Source of the DNA: Trichoplax sp. H2
Taxonomy: Eukaryota
Direction of reading: 5' to 3'
DNA length: 38,005 bases
Assembly (NCBI GenBank): GCA_003344405.1
Contig: NOWV01000178.1
Span: 124,001-162,005 of the forward strand
Shown: in pieces, positions 1-12,199 of the stretch
Numbering within the stretch: the stretch's first letter is position 1
Layout of the letters: each line of letters starts with the position of its first letter
The notes under the pieces: model-generated
What the model saw: the letters and a program-made list of their open reading frames with translations, nothing else
Database searches by the model: none
What the model was told of the DNA's origin: nothing
Program-made: the position numbers and the translations under genes

Positions 1-81
1 TTTTCGATGTCGTTTAAGAGACTAGTAATATTTAAATATAACATATTAATTTTCAAGTATTAACGGGACTAGCAATTTTAC

Positions 82-3034
82 CTTTCCAATAACCACTTTG
101 TTTACTTCAGTTTCGGTGATTGCTCGAGCAATACCGCTGCAGGTTTTACTAACTCTTAATAAATCTACAAAACGATGGAGCCATCAATTTATAATAATAT
201 AAACTGTTCATTTTGTTATTCTATTCTTTGCTAATCTCAGTTTGATTAAAACTTGTTTACAATGTATGTAAGCTATTTGCATACCTGTTCTTGCAGAAAA
301 AAGATTAGCAATGCCAATATTACTTTCGGGTGTTAGATTTTGTCGCTGTGACGCATAAACTTCGGTAATTTCAGCTTCTTTTTCCTGATTGTAGGTAATT
401 GGCATAAACTTCAAGTGTTATTGCCGTTCGTATAACAGTTTTATTGCGTATTATGACTTGTAAACATTCACTACCTTAATACGATCTGCCCAATAAAAAG
501 ATTGAATAGTTACGTCTAATCTAGTTAGCAGCATTTGCTTTCTCATGGTATACTGCTTTATTAGTTCTTCGCTGATTTCATTTAATTCAGTCTAAAATTA
601 AAAAACAGAGAATTTATTAAAAATTAAAGCACACATAGACTAGAGATAATTTCAAGTTTGTGAATAGAATCATTGGAAATTGCAAGGAGAAAACGTCCGA
701 TGTATCATTATTAAATACTGGAATAATTATGTCGACAGTTGCGTTACCAGTTGCTGCTTTGTAAGACCCTTCGTTAACAAAGGTTTGCCTAATGTATTGG
801 CAGGTAGTTCATTTAACAATAATTTGACCTAGTTACAGAGTAATCAATTAAGGCATCACTTTAATGAGCGTCTTTAAAAGGCGAACATGATACAAATACC
901 GATCGTAGTATGTATACATGCGATTTAAAAATTACCTTCCTAACACTTATGATACCGTACGTATAATTTTCGATAGCTTACTGTACTGACTATATGATAT
1001 AGCAGAGATGAAATTATCAGATGTTATCCTACTACCCATCGCATACTAGCAAGATCCTAAATTTCTACCTTCGTGCTATCTGGTGATTGATCTTACCTTC
1101 CCTAGTATTGCATTAAATATATCATTCACGGTGTCACCGGCTGGTGAAATGCCTAGGACCCTACAAATACGTTGCAATTCCCGCTGCGCTATACCCGTTA
1201 CCTCTCTCCCCTAAGTAGCGAAAAGTTAATGCCTAATTACAACAGTATCATGTTATAAGCTACTGGGACTTCTCTAAAAAGTACGCGAACATATCGATTA
1301 AGCATACAGGAGATTCAGGATTGGTAGTTTCTGTGCTTTGCTGTTGTTGAAGAGGTGATTGATGCTGAATTATGATGGCAGCGTGCAATTCGGTACATAG
1401 ATATTCTGTGATAGTAAATATAATCAAAGGTAGTTACCACGATTCAACTATAATTGGCACTAAACGACCAACAATTATACCACTATTAATTACATCATTA
1501 TAATTGGCACCTAGCGGCTAACAATTATTGGTGGAACAAAAATTAGCCAGTTCTTTGTTTTACCTAATAGAAACATTCGTTGCTTTAATGTGGCAAAAAT
1601 ATCTTCTTCTTCTTGCATTAGAACATCATAGTTACATTCTATTAAAAGGGATAGATTTTTCTGATTATCTTTCTAGGCAAACCATTATAATCAAAACCAT
1701 GTCCATTTTACATTTAGCGGTCCAATGACATACATATTTCTGACAGAAAAACTAGTAGGTAATTACATAGCACTGCCGATATATCGGAAAATCCGTGAGA
1801 AATTTTAGGATGTTATGAGCTGATTGTAGTGACTATCTGATGGATACCTTTACTTAGCAAATAGGCGTTATCAATACTTAAATAAATACCTAATAGGGTT
1901 AAAAGTTGATGATAGGATCGTGATGTTGCTGTATAGTCATCATCTATTCAATTACAAGAAATTGATTTTGGATTCAGATAACTGTTAGCATTTGGTCAAT
2001 CCTTTCACTACAATTCTGACTATAATATTATTAGCTGGAGCAAGTGTAATCATAAAGTTTCTAGTTCCATTTCGGTGCTTTCATTATTTTACATCACTAT
2101 GATACATAATGGTTCATGAATGCATATTTTACTTTACAATATATCCTAATCATAAGTTAATGCCTATAATTTTGTTGCCAATGTTATCAACAACATTTTA
2201 ATAAGGCATGCGACTGTAAGTCTAATATTGTGATATCATGGCATCGTAGCAAAGTTATCAACGATACACGGTAATTATAGACGAAAGTTGCAGCTGCTTA
2301 ATGCGATTTCTTTTGGCGTTGATATCCAGCTTAATAGAACTAATCCATAATCTCTATACAGTACTACAGACTTACCATCAGGTGGATTGATCGTACAATG
2401 TAGGTCAAGGGCTTTTATTAATGATGTGGCAAGCCAGTGCAAGAGTTCAACAAAATTTTGAGACTCTAATCCAGTTCTCATTGCATCTCGAAAGGTCTGA
2501 CGATGTAACATTGGGCCATCGTACCTATCATTCCAATTGAAGTCGCATCAATCGTTAATCAAATTGGCCATTTTTATGACAACATTAGTTCCAAAACAGC
2601 TGAAAAGCAATCAAACTACAGTCCATCCATTACTATCCACTACGTCATCTAATCCGTCAAATCAGCTCAAGTCTAGAGCCACTAAATCATTCAATCGCAA
2701 TCTATTTAGACATGGATACTGTACGAAACCCAATAGGCAGTTGATTGGCCTTTACTATGTCTCTGACTTAAAATACAACGTATAAAATGCAGTCTTTACG
2801 CCTAACTCATTGGAATACTTTGTGTTGATTTTAAAGCGATAAAATCAACTTTAACCGTGGATGAAATGACCAATATCATGATAGAGTAGTTGCGTTTACT
2901 GGCCATTTATAATTCTACAGTAGAGTACAGTAAGAAAGCAGTCGATTGACTATGATAAACTTGCATGATCAACTACAGCAGCAAGATTAATCATACCCTA
3001 AATCATCCAAAGACTGCAGTAAGCCAGCTTCCAT
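82..3034 (-). CDS. FAM98: FAM98 family protein (RTCB tRNA-ligase complex subunit), 3'-partial; coding exons 2997-3034, 2376-2524, 1890-1943, 1564-1638, 1308-1405, 1097-1210, 748-828, 475-591, 285-384, 82-164
   Basis: Hand-spliced GT-AG exons stay in frame and give MEAGLLQSLDDLGYDGPML...NFVELLHWL...EYLCTELHAA...LGKPLL...QYTMRKQMLLTRLDVTIQSFYWADRIK...VNKVVIGK. This matches recalled FAM98A/B motifs (LESLEDLGYKGPL, GKPLL, RRKLLIKRLDVTVQSFGWSDRAK, INKVLMGR). The last donor at 81-80 means the gene continues beyond the window. Confidence 0.93.
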
Positions 3035-3384
3035 CTTGTTTAGCAACAGTGTAGCATTCCCCTCCAATGGCTGAAAGTGATACGTTGCCAGCCAGCCAGT
3101 ACTATAGAGAACAGTAGGTGAGCTCTTTTTGCTTGACTTGACCAGAGAACGAATGCTCCTATACTGGGCACAGTGGTCACACTGGTTCACTAATTTTGTG
3201 CTAAGCTTTGACACTGAGTCTTTTCCTGACCGGCAAAAGTCAACGGGTCCAGAATCTGTACAAATGAATCGTGGATGCTACAAGGTACCTTGATAAGGCT
3301 GCTTTCAGCAGATGCTTGTTAGCTAGGATGACTATGTAGAAAGAGAGCACCTCGATCAATCTAGAAGGTAGTGATATAATTGAT

Positions 3385-5659
3385 TCCAGCCGACAAAGTT
3401 CGATGGAAACTACTCTAGGGATTTTCGATCGAAAAGGATTTGGACAGCCAGGCCCGATTTGGCCCGCTAACGCATTTCTTGGATTACTGTACAGTAGAGA
3501 GACACAGCGAGGTTTGCGTGTGTTGTTCAATCGACATGGACTACTGGAAAGACGGAACATGCGTTGCTGTATCGCTCCAGCTGCTCAACTCAGAACGGTG
3601 GCACAGAAGATGCAGGCCGCTATACAATTGTATGTCCGCTCTTGGCTGTCAGTGTAGTACTGTATAAGTAAGATTATATCAAAATTGTAGCAACCTTGAG
3701 AAGAAATCTCCCCATTCCAACCGATAAAGGGCTATATAAACTACCGTAGGGAGTTTCCATCGAAAAAGGATTTGGACAGCCAGCCCCGATTTTGGCCCGC
3801 TGACGAATTTCTGGATTACTGTACAGTACAGAGACACAGTGAGGTTTGCGTGTGTTGTTCAATCGACATGGACTACTGGAAAGACGGAACATGCGTTACT
3901 GTATCGCTCCAGCTGTTCAACTCAGAACGGTGGCGCAGCAGATGCAGGCTGCCATACAATTGTATGTCCGCTCTTGGCTGTCAGTGTAGTACTGTATAAG
4001 TAAGATTATATCAAAATTGTAGCAACCTTGAGATGAAATCTCCCCATTCCAGCCGATAATGTGCTCTATAAAGTACTGTAGGCAGTTTCGATCGAAAAGG
4101 ATTTGGACAGCCAAGCCCGATTTGGTCCGCTAACGCATTTCTGGATTACTGTACAGTACAGTAGAGAGACACAGTGAGGTTTGCGTGTGTCGTTCAATTG
4201 ACATGGACTACTGGAAAGACGGAACATGCGTTACTGTATCGCTCCAGCTGCTCAACTCAGAACGGTGGCACAGCAGATGCAGGCTGCCATACAATTGTAT
4301 GTCCGCTCTTGGCTGTCAGTACACGTACAGTACGAGTAAAATTATATCAAAATTGTAGCAACCTTGAGAAGAAATCTCCCCATTCCAGCCGATAATGTGC
4401 TCTATAAAGTACTGTAGGCAGTTTCGATCGAAAAAGGATTTGGACAGCTAAGCCCGCTACGACGAATTTCTGGACAGAGACACAGTGAGGTTTGCGTGTG
4501 TCAGTTCGATCGACATGGACTACTGGAAAGACGGAAGACGCGTTGTTGTCCGCTCCAGCTGCTCAACTCAGTAAGGTGGCACAGCAGATGCGCGGCCGCC
4601 ATACAATTGTATGTCCGTTCTCGGCTATCAGAGTAGTACTGCCATAGGTAAGATTCTGTAGAAATTGCAACAACATTGAAAAGAAACCTCCCCATTCCAG
4701 CCGATAAAGGGCTATATAAACTACCGTAGGGAGTTTCCATCGAAAAAGGATTTGGACAGCCAGGCCCGATTTTGGCCCGCTGACGAATTTCTGGATTACT
4801 GTACAGAGAGACAGAGTGATGTCTGCGTGTGTCGTGCAATCGACATGGACTACTGGAAAGACGGAAGACGCGTTGTTGTACCGCTCCAGCCGCTCAACTC
4901 ACTACGGTGTCGAATTAGATGCAAGCCGTGATACAATTGTATGCCCGTTCTTGGCTGTCAGTGCAGTATAGGCAAGATTGTATAGAAATTGCAGCAACGT
5001 TGAAAAGAAATCTCCTCCTTTCCAGCCGATAAAATACTATATAAACTACTGTAGGGAGTTTCGATCCAAAAAGGATTTTGATAGTCAGGCCCGATTTGGT
5101 TCGCTGATGAATTTCTGGATTACTGTACTGTACAGAGAGACAGAGTGACGTCTGCGTGTGTCGTTCATTCGACATGGACTACTGGAAAGACGGAAGACGC
5201 GTTGTCGTACCGCTCCAGCCGCTCAACTGAGTAGGGGTGGCACAGCAGATGCTGGCCGCCATACAATTGTATGTCCGTTCTTGGCTGTCAGTGCAGTATA
5301 GGCAAGATTGTTTAGAAATTGCAACAACGTTGAAAAGAAATTTCCTCCTTTCCAGCCAATAAAATGCCATATAAACTACTGTAGGGAGTTTCGATCCAAA
5401 AAGGACTTTGATAGCCAGGCCCGATTTGGTTCGCTGATGAATTTCTGGATTACTGTACTGTACAGAGAGACAGAGTGACGTCTGCGTGTGTCGTTCATTC
5501 GACATGGACTACTGGAAAGACGGAAAACGCGTTGTCGTACCGCTCCGAGTAGGGGTGGCACAGTAGATGCTGGCCGCCATACAATTGTATGCCCGTTCTT
5601 GGCTGTCAGTGCAGTATAGGCAAGATTGTATAGAAATTGCAACAACGTTGAAAGAAATC
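3385..5659. repeat. Tandem array of seven ~310-336 bp units (starts about 3385, 3716, 4048, 4384, 4696, 5021, 5351)
   Basis: The 25-mer GACATGGACTACTGGAAAGACGGAA recurs at 3533, 3865, 4200, 4512, 4842, 5171 and 5501. The palindrome ATACAATTGTAT is in every unit. Units differ by substitutions and frame-breaking indels, and the array is visibly GC/CpG-richer than its flanks. Confidence 0.97.
3775..3982 (+). ncRNA. Putative structured ncRNA cassette (unit 2 shown; one per array unit), family unknown
   Basis: Terminal inverted arms GACAGCCAG (3775-3783) and TTGGCTGTC (3974-3982), internal hairpins, and TATATAAA at 3733-3740. There is no expression evidence, and I recognise no known RNA family. 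Confidence 0.3.
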
Positions 5660-5804
5660 GTCTATTGTCATCAAGACGGTGACACAATCGACTGACTGTC
5701 GCTATAGTAAAGCATAAAATCCGTGGTAACGGTAGACTACAGACTGCATGTTGAGCTGGTTTTAGTCCATGATACAGCAGAAAATAGTTTAAGGCAAATT
5801 GGTC

Positions 5805-8670
5805 ATGGCTCCTGACAACTTTTCCAACGTTTTGCAAAATTTTAATACTTTAAACAAGGAATGGCACTCTGCCCGTCCTGATCTGGCTCAATGTGGTAGC
5901 CTTCTTACGCAACTAAAGGTAATGACTGAGACAGTGGAATTTTTATTGCTGTAAATTGTGTACAATGTTGAATCTAAAGTGAGCGGTGAAAAAGCGACAG
6001 CAGAGAAAGGACAGCATGTTTTTACAGGCAGCCAAGCGACGCCGATTGAATCATGTCTTTCTAGTAATGGAATCAATTTAGATGGAAGTGATGTCTTAGA
6101 TGGCATGATAATCCTGTAAGGATGGAGAAATAGGGGGATAATAGCCGATAAAGTGAAGTTGAATCTTCTTGATGGATACCTGTAACGCACTATCAAACTA
6201 GTGAATAGTAATGAATTATGGAGTCATCATCATTCATTGATTGTACTCCACTTTATTAGATTGTCTGTAGTTTTTCCCGGCCAATGTGAATCTGAGACAT
6301 CATCCATTTCCTAACTGATTCGTCAATGTCACTTGTCGATAACAAGTCATCCATCAACGATATATATTAATCTAGTTATAGTGCACTTGATCGATTTGTG
6401 GATGACAAGAAGTTTTACTCCATACCACTTTCATTACGCATTCTATAAACGATCATCAAACCAGTCACGAAATAAATAAAGCAAAATGCAGTAATGATGA
6501 GATTTGGATAAATATCTTACAATCATCTCTCAAATTAAAGTCGGAAGATATTCTAACTTATAGCGTTCCTTTTGAAAGTTCTATGTTCAACATTCATCTT
6601 GCTCTAAAACTGATGCATAGAATTTTTAGCTCAAGATAGTCAGCAAAACTGAACGTACATCGTACAATCGTACGTATACGTTACTACAACCTGACTGGCA
6701 GGGCGTAGATGGATCATTCAATAGACATCGACCCTTTTATCCTAAGGCCAAGATATTGCGAGATTTATCACATTCAATTAATTTTACGACCTCGATTATA
6801 GTCAAGACTTGAGTTTACTTTATAATGAGATCAGGTTGATATGAATAGTTTAAAATTTAAAACGCAAAATCAATCCAGTAGTTACCAATAAAATTAATGA
6901 CAAATATAAGTGATTGAATCGTAGATTTGTTGCTCTCTGTTCTTATTGATAGATTGCACTGGCCACCACTTCACTGCTACCGACGGATAAAATTGGACAG
7001 GATACCGACACTCTGGTTGTCGCTCGTAAGTTATTGCTGTTTGGCCGATAATTATATACTGTATGTCGCAGTAGAGACTTTAGTAGGAGTTATCATTCCT
7101 TTCTTGTTGTATACTACTAGATATTTGTATGGTATTCTAGAATAATATGGCATTTAATGTACCGATCTCTAGTATGACTATTTGAACAAATTGATTCTTC
7201 ATTGATTTAGGGGGTACTTTGGAAATTGGGGCGCAATGGAGTATCGCTAAGAAAGATATTCAATCATTTCAACGATATATGACCCAATTGAAGCCTTATT
7301 ATATTGATTATAGGTCAGAAATAGTAGGATTGTTGCTGGATTTACGTTTTATTTTCATGATAGCCCATTAGTGATATCTTTTAGATATGCTCTTGCTAAT
7401 GTGCCATTTTTAATTCAACCTTTGCATCTTTTACAGTGATATTCTCCCGGAATCGCCGTATATGTATCAATTACTCGGTCTAAATTTGCTGGCTTTGCTA
7501 GCTGAAAATAGATTAGCCGAATTTCACATAGTGAGTTGTTAATTATCATTTGCTATTCCGCAGCATTGAGTAAGATTATCGTCGATAGCGTTTACGTCGA
7601 AACAGCCAACAATAGAATCAGTTCTTACCGGGATTTACTCATTGATTTTTAGGAATTAGAACTATTACCTCCTTCAGAAATTTATAGTAACATCTATATT
7701 AAACATCCAACAACAATTGAACAGGTGGGATCACGTAGTTGTATAACAAAAATCCTGTAATAATTATATAGATATAATTGGTTTTAGTTTGATGACTGGA
7801 AATGATAAGTCAGCTAAAACGCTCTTGTGATACAAGTAACCATGCATAGATATTTGCCACTATATTTTAGTCATACTAAGTCGAGCAACTTAAATGTTTT
7901 TTAGTTAAAACTTTGAGATTTTCAATTTGTAAATTGTTTTCACCACTTTCTATATTGACTGGCTGCAATGATGTTAAATAGTACCTAATGGAAGGCAGCT
8001 ATAATAAGGTAACCCGTGTACTATTGCGTCTCTGTACAATAAGTTGCATCATTGAAAAAATGGTAGTTAATTTATAGATTCTGTGCTCATTTAGGTTTTC
8101 CTTGCTCGCGGAAATGTGCCTGCTGAAAGTTATAACTTTTTTATGGATATCCTAGTCAACACAATGAGGTGTGACGTTGCTAGACTTTGAAATTCTTTGC
8201 TACTTGCTTTATCGTGCATCACATTTATAGTAAGCATATCGGAGCGGATTGATAATTGGTTTAATGTTTATAAATGCTTTTACTTACGAAGGGACTCTAT
8301 TGCTGACTGCGCTGAGAAGGCTTATAAAACGTTACTATTTAAAGAGGCAGGTAGAATATTTTTTTTCGATAATCAGAGGGAGTTAGAAGAATATACAGAA
8401 AAGGTGATTCGAATTTATATCTTACATAACATGCAAAGTAGCCTATACTTTATTACTATTACTGTATACATCTGGTACCTGCTTGTAAGTGTAACTATTA
8501 TCATTTCTATGATTGTAAAACAGAGAGGCTGGAAAACTGACCCCAGTAAAACATATTATACTTTACGTGAAAATGACGAAAACCATGAAGCGGATGTCTT
8601 TACGGTCAATACTAATAAGATATCTGGATATCTACTTGAATATGCTCGCGAAATGGAAAAGATTGTTTAG
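5805..8670 (+). CDS. PSMD8: 26S proteasome lid subunit Rpn12/PSMD8, ~271 aa; exons 5805-5918, 6953-7025, 7211-7313, 7437-7530, 7653-7724, 7982-8008, 8095-8168, 8292-8403, 8524-8670
   Basis: Spliced translation contains [58 protein letters not shown] and the C-terminal [10 protein letters not shown], all recognisable PSMD8 motifs. All introns are GT-AG and the frame is conserved (816 nt). Confidence 0.97.
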
Positions 8671-9638
8671 GATATTTTACATTATCGCACAATGTACATC
8701 CATGTTCCCTTTTTTTATATAATATTGCGATTTAGTACCCGGTAGTCTACTTTCTGTTTTGTACTTTCAATTTTAATAAGAATCTTCGGTCAGATGGTCG
8801 CTAAATTTGTGGTCTCATATGCAAGTTTCTTGTCTATCTGTGTCAAGCATCACGTTGAGCAGTTCATTTAAACGTTAACGGTTAATTGTAGTCTAAAAAT
8901 TACGTATTTGTAGTTATACCTACAAGATATCGCAAGTATAATTTACATATCTATTCCTATTAGCTTGTTTATATGCTCTTTAAAATGTTTTTGTACGTGC
9001 AGCAAGTCACGTGAAATCATAACATAAAAATAAAATTTAATATCTTCAACATAAATGATAGAACTTGGAATATAGCTAATTGAACCAACTGTCGTCACTG
9101 ACTTTTCTGCATTTTAATGTAACATCCTTGGTCTAATAAGTAAACTTTAAATCGTCCCCAAACTTTAAGAAATCATTTAAAGCTTATCTTATTATGACAT
9201 TCCATTTATGCAATTACAATCTGTTTTTTTAATTTCTTGAAATTAGTTTGTAGAATAATGTCCAATTTACGTACAATATTAGGTAATGAAAAATTTCGAA
9301 ATCCAAGATTTATTAGGATAGAATATCGATAGAGATACTTATTATTTTAACTGTTAAAATCTGATCTACTTCGCTCAAGTATTAATCAGGCTAAATAGGA
9401 TACAAGTAAGTGATCTCCCTATTCACTTACATCAGTATAAATTTACAATAAGATAATTTCCAAATTAAAGTTAACATTTACAAAGTGTTTGTTAACGCAG
9501 TCTTAATCTTTAATACAATACCATTGCAAACTTGCCATATTATACAATAATATTAAAAATTCTTTCTAGAAGTAATATTCCAATAACTATTCATCACAAA
9601 TACCCTATAGAATACTATACTCTAATGGAAATATAGCA

Positions 9639-11947
9639 CTAGGTTTTTTTGGGTGGCTTTGTCGGGCCTTTAATGAATATCGGTTTTATATTTTTAGGTT
9701 TATATGAACTATAAGGAGATACTGGATGGCCAACTATCAAAATTGGATTTTTTTTAATCCATAGTCTCCATGTAGATTTATGAAATCCGCGAACGTCAAG
9801 CTAAGAAACAATAAAACAGAAATTAGACAGATAATACGTCAACCTTCATAACGAACAATCACTTTAAAATTTGAATTCGATTATGTATCAAGTAGAAATA
9901 AAAGAGTAACTGCTACTTACGTCCCATAATTTCCAACATTTTGCAATTTGCAACCAGGTTTCGTAATCCGAGAGTTTAGTCATTTGAATGTATACAACAT
10001 ACGTTACATCAGTAGTATTTGGTACAAAGTCGTGATGGCAAGGGGATATGGCGTGATTTAATACGACAGCGTTCTGAACTAACTTATGCATTAATTTTTC
10101 ATAATTCTTCTGGCGCAGATCTTCAATACCTCTTAAGACCGCGTTGGCATCCGTATTCAGTTTATGAGCTGTGAAATAGGCATCCTGAAAGTAATTATTC
10201 ATGTTGACACCTTGGGATCCAAAGTGGAATGTTCTTGAGATATCAGGAATTACACATTCACGCCCTTTTCGCATAGTAGGAGTCCGCATCCACATGTCCC
10301 AATCGAAAAAGGCTTCTGGTCCGGGCCAATGAGGTTCCAGTTCTTCTTTAAATAAGCTCCTTTTTAACATCCACCCTAACCCAGGCATAGTTTCAACACG
10401 ATACAATCGGGTAGGATCATTAGAAGAGTGCTTATAACCTTGATCGTTCCAAGCGGATATGCAATAAACATCTTTGTCGTCAATTAAGGGCAGCGTTTGA
10501 CTAAAATAACTAAAAAAATCTACGGACACATCTAAATCCTCTTCTAATACAATCAAATATTTAGCTTCAGGATGTAAGTCAAAAGCAGCAGATAAGCTGG
10601 CTTTATAGTGCTGGGCAATTCGTCCATTACGCTTACTCACGGGCTTATGTTGTACAGCGCGAATGCCAAATAAATTGCATACGGCTAATGGCTCGTCAAA
10701 AAAGCCGTCTATAAAGACAGTAATAAGAGATTTGGTAGCACCCTTCGCTGATAATAACGATTGTAACATTCGAAACAAATAATACGGTCGATTACTAGCA
10801 ATAACAGCTACAGGCACATTGGCAACTCGATTATTTAGTAACGAAGGTGAAGCAATATCAATCGGCTGAGGATTACTACAAGCACATAACCGTCCATAGC
10901 CTTCGTATCTATTACATAATGTAGCTCTTCGCCGGTTTTCATCATTCTTCGGCCAATTACATCTTCTTTCTTGATTCGTTTTTAACTGAATTTGAGCAGA
11001 GATTTTACATGGCTTGGCCCATTCATCTAATTTCGGTGAAAGAGCGCGTGCTTCAGCATAGTGGACCCCATTTTTAGCGATTATCATTGTCCACATATCT
11101 CTCCATTTAATCGTTAACGCATATTTACTACCTAGCATAGCTAGTGCTTGTCGAGCATGCTTTCGGATGCTAAATGTGCCTTCATCTAAGATAGTAAAGC
11201 ATAAAATTCTGTCATCGGATACCATATCGATAAATTGGATCATCAAGTTGTCCGCTTTGCCAGCATAAGTATCGAATCTTCGAGCAGCCATAACAGCACC
11301 ATTATATTGATTAATGGCAAGAATATGAATTCCTCGCTCCTTTTCCGAAGTAGCTTGCAAGACGACAGTACCATCAATAGCGACAGAAGCATTTTTTCGA
11401 CTAGATAGTACCTATAAAATTGGAGAAAGACAGTCATTATTATTAATATTCTATATTAAAATAAATTCAACAGTTTCGAATTCATCCATGATCAAAGATT
11501 GCATGTCTTTACTGTATTTAGTTAATATGCCTTGAAGGTAAAAGATTGAATTCAAACTGAAGGCAATATGATCACGTCATCAGTAAATCGATGCCACCCA
11601 TAATGCAGTCTAAAAACTGGCGTACTGCAATCAGTTTCATTCATTATTATCAAGTTGTCGTTGATTCCAATTCAATTTACCTCGATAAAAACCGCAGTTT
11701 TGGCTGTATCGGATTTCTGCTTATTGTAGCCATCAGCTGATTGGCGATTTCCTACATGATCATAGGAATAATCGGTATTCGGCCTATTCTGTAATAGCTC
11801 ACTAAGTACAAGCCATACATTGACTACAATTGTAATCAAGACAACTAAGAATAAGATAATTTTAATAAAAGTCCATAAACCGCGCTTTCGCGATATCCAT
11901 TTTAAATGCGATCGTGAAGATTTGATACGATTGGGGGGGCACATCAT
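9639..11947 (-). CDS. POMGNT1: Protein O-linked mannose beta-1,2-N-acetylglucosaminyltransferase 1 (GT13), ~639 aa; exons 11681-11947, 9921-11411, 9639-9800
   Basis: Type II TM anchor in exon 1, ILEI-type stem (RGIHILAINQ..FDTY), GT13 motifs VIASNRP, IAQHYK, LEEDL, CISAWNDQG, RVETMPGLGW, WDMWMR and C-terminal WDLDVRG. Both introns are phase 0 GT-AG. Confidence 0.96.
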
Positions 11948-12199
11948 AATTTTCCTCGTGATTTCCTACTGGAAGACATACTATGATAATCTAATCGATC
12001 ATTTAAACAAACGATGGCATCTCCTATGCCACAACCATAGTCATGAAGATAAGGTTGCTATCAGGATGCTTTACTTCTTCTTCTACAGCTAGATCAATAC
12101 CAACTGGAATAACCTTCTCATTAATAAGATGATTCGCCTTTCTTCGTCAACGATTAGCAATCGCCATAAACGTTCGAAAGTATTCCGCAGATCTGCAGC

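Noticed and set aside
3760-3875. Resemblance to U11 snRNA (AAAAAGG start, ATCGACAT) or a spliced-leader RNA (GTAAG donor plus Sm site)
   Set aside because: Motif order and spacing do not fit U11. The donor-like GTAAG is GCAAG or GTAAA in several units and is ~140 nt from the Sm-like site.
3800-3885. Hammerhead ribozyme (CTGAYGA ... GAAA) in array units
   Set aside because: No stem II closing between CTGAYGA and GAAA, the motif is CTAACGC in units 1 and 3, and there is no core on the minus strand.
3385-5659. CRISPR-like repeat-spacer array
   Set aside because: Sequences between invariant blocks are homologous to each other rather than unique spacers. The context is eukaryotic and no cas genes are present.
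3240-5837. Numerous 65-153 aa ORFs, some Cys-rich, on both strands of the array
   Set aside because: Unit-to-unit indels are not multiples of three, frames differ between copies and starts are mostly non-ATG. They are by-products of a GC-richer repeat.
5888-6196. 102-aa minus-strand ORF in PSMD8 intron 1
   Set aside because: Non-ATG start, no recognisable motif, and it overlaps PSMD8 exon 1 antisense.
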